This document shows, piece by piece, positions 60,584-64,000 of a DNA stretch of 64,000 nt (position 1 is its first letter; the number at the start of each line of letters is the position of its first letter). Location of the stretch: positions 32,001 to 96,000 of the forward strand of contig JAWLBL010000012.1 of assembly GCA_041687695.1 (NCBI GenBank), given 5' to 3'. The notes beneath the pieces are model-generated. The model was given only the letters and a program-made list of their open reading frames with translations, was not told the origin of the DNA and ran no database searches. The translations under genes and the position numbers were made by a program. The DNA is from Myxococcota bacterium. GTDB lineage: Bacteria; Myxococcota_A; UBA9042; PHBI01; JAWLBL01.

Positions 60584-61909
60584 ATGGTCCCGCTCGATCC
60601 CAAGCGTTTCGGCCCCTTCGCCCTGCTCTTCCTGTCCCTGGTGGCCTGCGACGTCTCGCTGGTAGGCGACGCGCCGCCCGGATGCTGCGCGCCCGATGAG
60701 CCGCCGCTGCCCACTCCCGGCGCCTGCACCGACGCCGAAGCCGCGTTGGGAGACCTCGACAACCCGGTCTACCACCTGTGCGTCGCCCCCGCCGACCTCG
60801 CGCGGCTCGACGCCGACGTCCACGGCGACCTCGAGGTCCCCGGCGTCCTGCACGCCCAGGGCCGCAGCTACGCCGTCACGGTCGAGTACCAGGGCGCGCG
60901 CACGCGGCAATTTCCGAAGAAATCGTTCCACGTCAAATTCGACGACTCGGACCGCTTCCGCGGCGATCCCTTCGGCGACGGCGGCGACGCCAAGGGCTTC
61001 GAGGATCTGGTCCTCAAGAGCATGTGGATCGACCAGAGCCTGATGCGCGAGGCCCTGGCCTTCGCCGTCATGGAGCGCCTCGGCGGCCCCGCGCCCCGGG
61101 TCGGCTGGGCCAACCTGACGCTCAACGGCGACTACTGGGGGCTGTACGCCGTCGTCGAGCGCGTGGACAAGCGCTTTTTGCGGCGCCGCTTCATCGCGCC
61201 GAGCGGCGACATGTACAAGGGCGTCGCCCAGTCGGCGCACCTCGACCCCGGCAGCGACTTGTCCAAGGGCTTCCGCAAGACGGTCGGCGAGGGGGCGCCC
61301 TGGGACGATCTCCACGCGCTGGTCGAGACGCTGCAGAAGACCCCGCTCACGGCCGAGGCCTTCGCCGCCCGCATCGACCCCATCTTCCCGCTGGACGCGT
61401 GGACGCGGCGCATGACCTGGATCGCCTACACGCAGAACCTCGACGCCACCACCCAGAACTACTACCTGTACCGCGAGCCGTCGGACGCCGACGACGGCCG
61501 CTGGCGCGTCCTGCCCTGGGACTCGGACATCGCCTTCGCCAACCACTGGGTCGTCGAACGCCCTCACTTCCCCGTGACCGAAAAGCACATGCTGGTCGGC
61601 AACCACCACTTCTCGCGCCGGCTGGTCAAGGTCACCCCGCTGCGCCACGCCTACGTCGACCAGTTCCACGCCCTGCTCGACGACGCGCTCTCCCCAAAGG
61701 CCGTCCGCCCGCTCGCCCTGGCCCTCTACCGGCGCGTCGCGAACGACCTCGCCCGCGACCACGCCCGCTGGGAGCGCCCCTCGACCCCCGCGCAGGAGCT
61801 GGCCGAGATCCTGGACTTCATCGATCGCCGCCCCGCCTACCTGCGCGACCAGCTCGACGCCCTGCGCGGCGACCCCAACCTGCCCGACCCCTTCATCGAC
61901 GGCCTCTGA
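60584..61909 (+). CDS. CotH kinase family lipoprotein
   Basis: Lipobox LVAC; RQFPKKSF, DQSLMRE, GLYAVVERVD, QNYYLY, LPWDSDIAF. Confidence 0.9.
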   Translation: MVPLDPKRFGPFALLFLSLVACDVSLVGDAPPGCCAPDEPPLPTPGACTDAEAALGDLDNPVYHLCVAPADLARLDADVHGDLEVPGVLHAQGRSYAVTVEYQGARTRQFPKKSFHVKFDDSDRFRGDPFGDGGDAKGFEDLVLKSMWIDQSLMREALAFAVMERLGGPAPRVGWANLTLNGDYWGLYAVVERVDKRFLRRRFIAPSGDMYKGVAQSAHLDPGSDLSKGFRKTVGEGAPWDDLHALVETLQKTPLTAEAFAARIDPIFPLDAWTRRMTWIAYTQNLDATTQNYYLYREPSDADDGRWRVLPWDSDIAFANHWVVERPHFPVTEKHMLVGNHHFSRRLVKVTPLRHAYVDQFHALLDDALSPKAVRPLALALYRRVANDLARDHARWERPSTPAQELAEILDFIDRRPAYLRDQLDALRGDPNLPDPFIDGL

Positions 61910-61922
61910 CCCGCGCGGCCTT

Positions 61923-63920
61923 TCACGCCGCCCCCCGCGCCGCCTCGGCGCCGGGCTCGAAGACCGCCACCCGATACTCGCGCCCGTGTTTGCCCGTCAG
62001 CCGCAGGTCACGCCGCGCGAACGGCTCGCCCGGCAGCGCGGCGGCCAGCGCCTCGGCCAGCACCACGCGCGTCCCCTCGCCCTCGACGGCGCGCTCGAGA
62101 TCGGCCAGGCGGGCCGCGTCGACGAAGGCGTTGCTGGCGCCGACCTCGCTCCACCCCGGGGCCCGCGTGTCACCCAGCTGGTGCCACACGGGGCGGATGG
62201 CCCCCACCGACAGGCCGCCGCGGAAACGCAGCGCCTCGGGCAGCCCGCGCAGCCGCCGTTCGCGCAGCTGCCGCGACAGCTCCGCGAGCCGCGCGTCCAT
62301 CTCGCGGACGGCCTGCAGGGCGGCGCCGGCCGGAGACGCGTGGTCCCCGGCCGCGAAGAACGCGGTCACCGCGTCGCCCTCGGTCTGCAGGACCGTCCCG
62401 CCCCGCGCGATCGCCGCCGCGCACAGGACCGCCAGGCACTCCTCGGCCAGGGCTCCCGCCTGTCCCAACCGGGCGCCCTCGCGGAACAGGGCCTCGGACC
62501 CCTTGAGGTCCACCACCAGCAGGGCGCCGTCCAGCGCTTCGGGGAGCTCCGGGCCGCGGTGATACTTCGACACCGGCGTGCGCTGGATGAGCTGCCGCTC
62601 GCGGTGCAGCTCGAGCGAGGCCAGCGCCCCCAGGCCGAGCAGCAGCGCGAGGTGCCCGGCGCCGTGCCAGGTCATCACGTCGATGACGTCGAGCTCCTCG
62701 ACCAGCCCGAGCGCGCCGACCGTGGCCAGCCCCGCCCCGAACAGCACGAGGCGCCGGCGGCGGACCGGGAAGGTCCCCGCGCGCCGACCCGACAGGTCGA
62801 ACGCCTGCACGAAGCAGAACAGCGCGCCGGCGATGTGCCCCAGGGGGACCCACCAGTCGGCGGCCACGACGCGGACGGCGAGCAGCGCCTCGCGGTCGGG
62901 CGCCAGGAGCACGGCCAGCGCGGGGGCGACGGCGGTCCCGACCACCAGCCAGGCCAGCAGCTTGCGGCGTCCTCGGGCGAAGGCCAGGCCCAGGGCCATG
63001 GCGAAGCCGCCGGCGAGCAGGTGGGCGCTGGCGGCCAGCGTCATGGCCGCGTCGCGCGACAGCGTCAGGAACACCAGGTCGACCTTGCGCAGGTGCATCA
63101 CGGCGTTGGCCAGCGCGTACAGGGCCAGATACCAGTACTCGAGGCGCTCGCGGGCCGAGGACCAGAAGATGAAGAAGGCCAGCGCGAAGACCAGGCTGGC
63201 GGCGAACAGCCCCATGGGCCGCCCGGCGAGCCAGAAGAACATCTGGCGGCGGTACGCGGTCGCGTCACTGCGCGTCATGAAGCCCTGCCCGCGGCCATAG
63301 TGCAGGTCGGGCGACGAGGCGCCGGCGTCGTCGACGATGCGCACCGCCACGTGCAGGGGCCGCGGCTGCCTCAGGCGGCCGTGAGAGAGGCCCACGATGA
63401 TGGGCTCGGTGTCCGAGAAGCCCCCCTCGAGCACCAGCTCGCCGTCGATCCAGAGGCGGTGCGAGGCGTTGACCCAGCCGAGCACGAGCTGGTTCGCCCC
63501 GGCCTCGGCCGCGGCCTGCAGGGTGTCCACGGAGACACGCGCCCCGACCCAGTAGGTGCCGCCGCGGCGCCCCAGCACGCGCTCGCGGTGGCGCTGGTCA
63601 CGCTGCGGGTGCGGGCTGTCGAACAGGGCCGCCACCCCAGGCGCGGCCGGGCACGGCGCCCGCGCCTGGTCGGGCGCGCAGCCTTCGTCGTCGCCGTCAT
63701 AGGCGGCGCGCCAGCGCTCGGCCGGGATCGTGACGGCCGGCCGCAGCCCCTGCCAGCGCCCCAGCACCTCGGTGAACGCCACGACCCACACGCCCGAGAC
63801 CAGGGCCAGCAGCGCCAGAAAGAACGCGCCCTTGCTCCACGCATCGCGCCGCGTCGACAGCAGCCGCGCCTCGGCCGGGGTGCGCCGCAGCAGGGCCGCC
63901 AACCGCGACAGTCCGTGCAT
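61923..63920 (-). CDS. Membrane sensor (extracellular domain plus about 7 TM) with atypical class III nucleotidyl cyclase domain
   Basis: LLVVDLKGSE, QTEGDAV, FRGGLSVG, FVDAARL, LTGK; multiple TM helices upstream; start 63920 or further upstream. Confidence 0.75.
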   Translation of the reverse strand: MHGLSRLAALLRRTPAEARLLSTRRDAWSKGAFFLALLALVSGVWVVAFTEVLGRWQGLRPAVTIPAERWRAAYDGDDEGCAPDQARAPCPAAPGVAALFDSPHPQRDQRHRERVLGRRGGTYWVGARVSVDTLQAAAEAGANQLVLGWVNASHRLWIDGELVLEGGFSDTEPIIVGLSHGRLRQPRPLHVAVRIVDDAGASSPDLHYGRGQGFMTRSDATAYRRQMFFWLAGRPMGLFAASLVFALAFFIFWSSARERLEYWYLALYALANAVMHLRKVDLVFLTLSRDAAMTLAASAHLLAGGFAMALGLAFARGRRKLLAWLVVGTAVAPALAVLLAPDREALLAVRVVAADWWVPLGHIAGALFCFVQAFDLSGRRAGTFPVRRRRLVLFGAGLATVGALGLVEELDVIDVMTWHGAGHLALLLGLGALASLELHRERQLIQRTPVSKYHRGPELPEALDGALLVVDLKGSEALFREGARLGQAGALAEECLAVLCAAAIARGGTVLQTEGDAVTAFFAAGDHASPAGAALQAVREMDARLAELSRQLRERRLRGLPEALRFRGGLSVGAIRPVWHQLGDTRAPGWSEVGASNAFVDAARLADLERAVEGEGTRVVLAEALAAALPGEPFARRDLRLTGKHGREYRVAVFEPGAEAARGAA

Positions 63921-64000
63921 CGGGCGTCTCCGGACCCGGCGCCGTTCGGTCCGGCGCGACCGTCGCGCCGAGGCCTCGCGACCCACCGCGGCGCATTGTG

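Overview
Very GC-rich bacterial DNA with gene content typical of Myxococcota/Deltaproteobacteria: Cys-rich lipoproteins, a secreted caspase-like protein, an ECF sigma/anti-sigma triad, CotH kinases and sigma54 promoters. About 40 genuine CDSs can be separated from many long shadow ORFs. The most notable content is a three-gene nitrogenase-like reductase operon (29.4-33.6 kb, minus strand) with one NifH-family Fe protein and two very divergent component-1 subunits that lack the FeMo-cofactor Cys. About 11 kb away (44.9-53.4 kb) is a cluster of unusual radical SAM genes: tandem-domain rSAMs, an rSAM-rSAM-Gfo/Idh/MocA fusion and a split-motif Cx24Cx2C rSAM. Together they look like an uncharacterised cofactor or tetrapyrrole-modifying pathway rather than nitrogen fixation. 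Other features: a PLP-enzyme/dehydrogenase-subunit fusion before a GMC oxidoreductase, a 211-bp non-coding tandem repeat, a 227-bp MITE inserted in a CTAG shared by two stop codons, a CarH-type B12 photoreceptor facing a triple-fasciclin gene, a deleted PepSY iron-uptake operon with a Fur-like box, an orphan sigma54 promoter, and a sigma54-controlled lipoprotein/CotH block. No tRNA, rRNA or CRISPR array was found. All calls come from reading motifs by eye; no searches were run.
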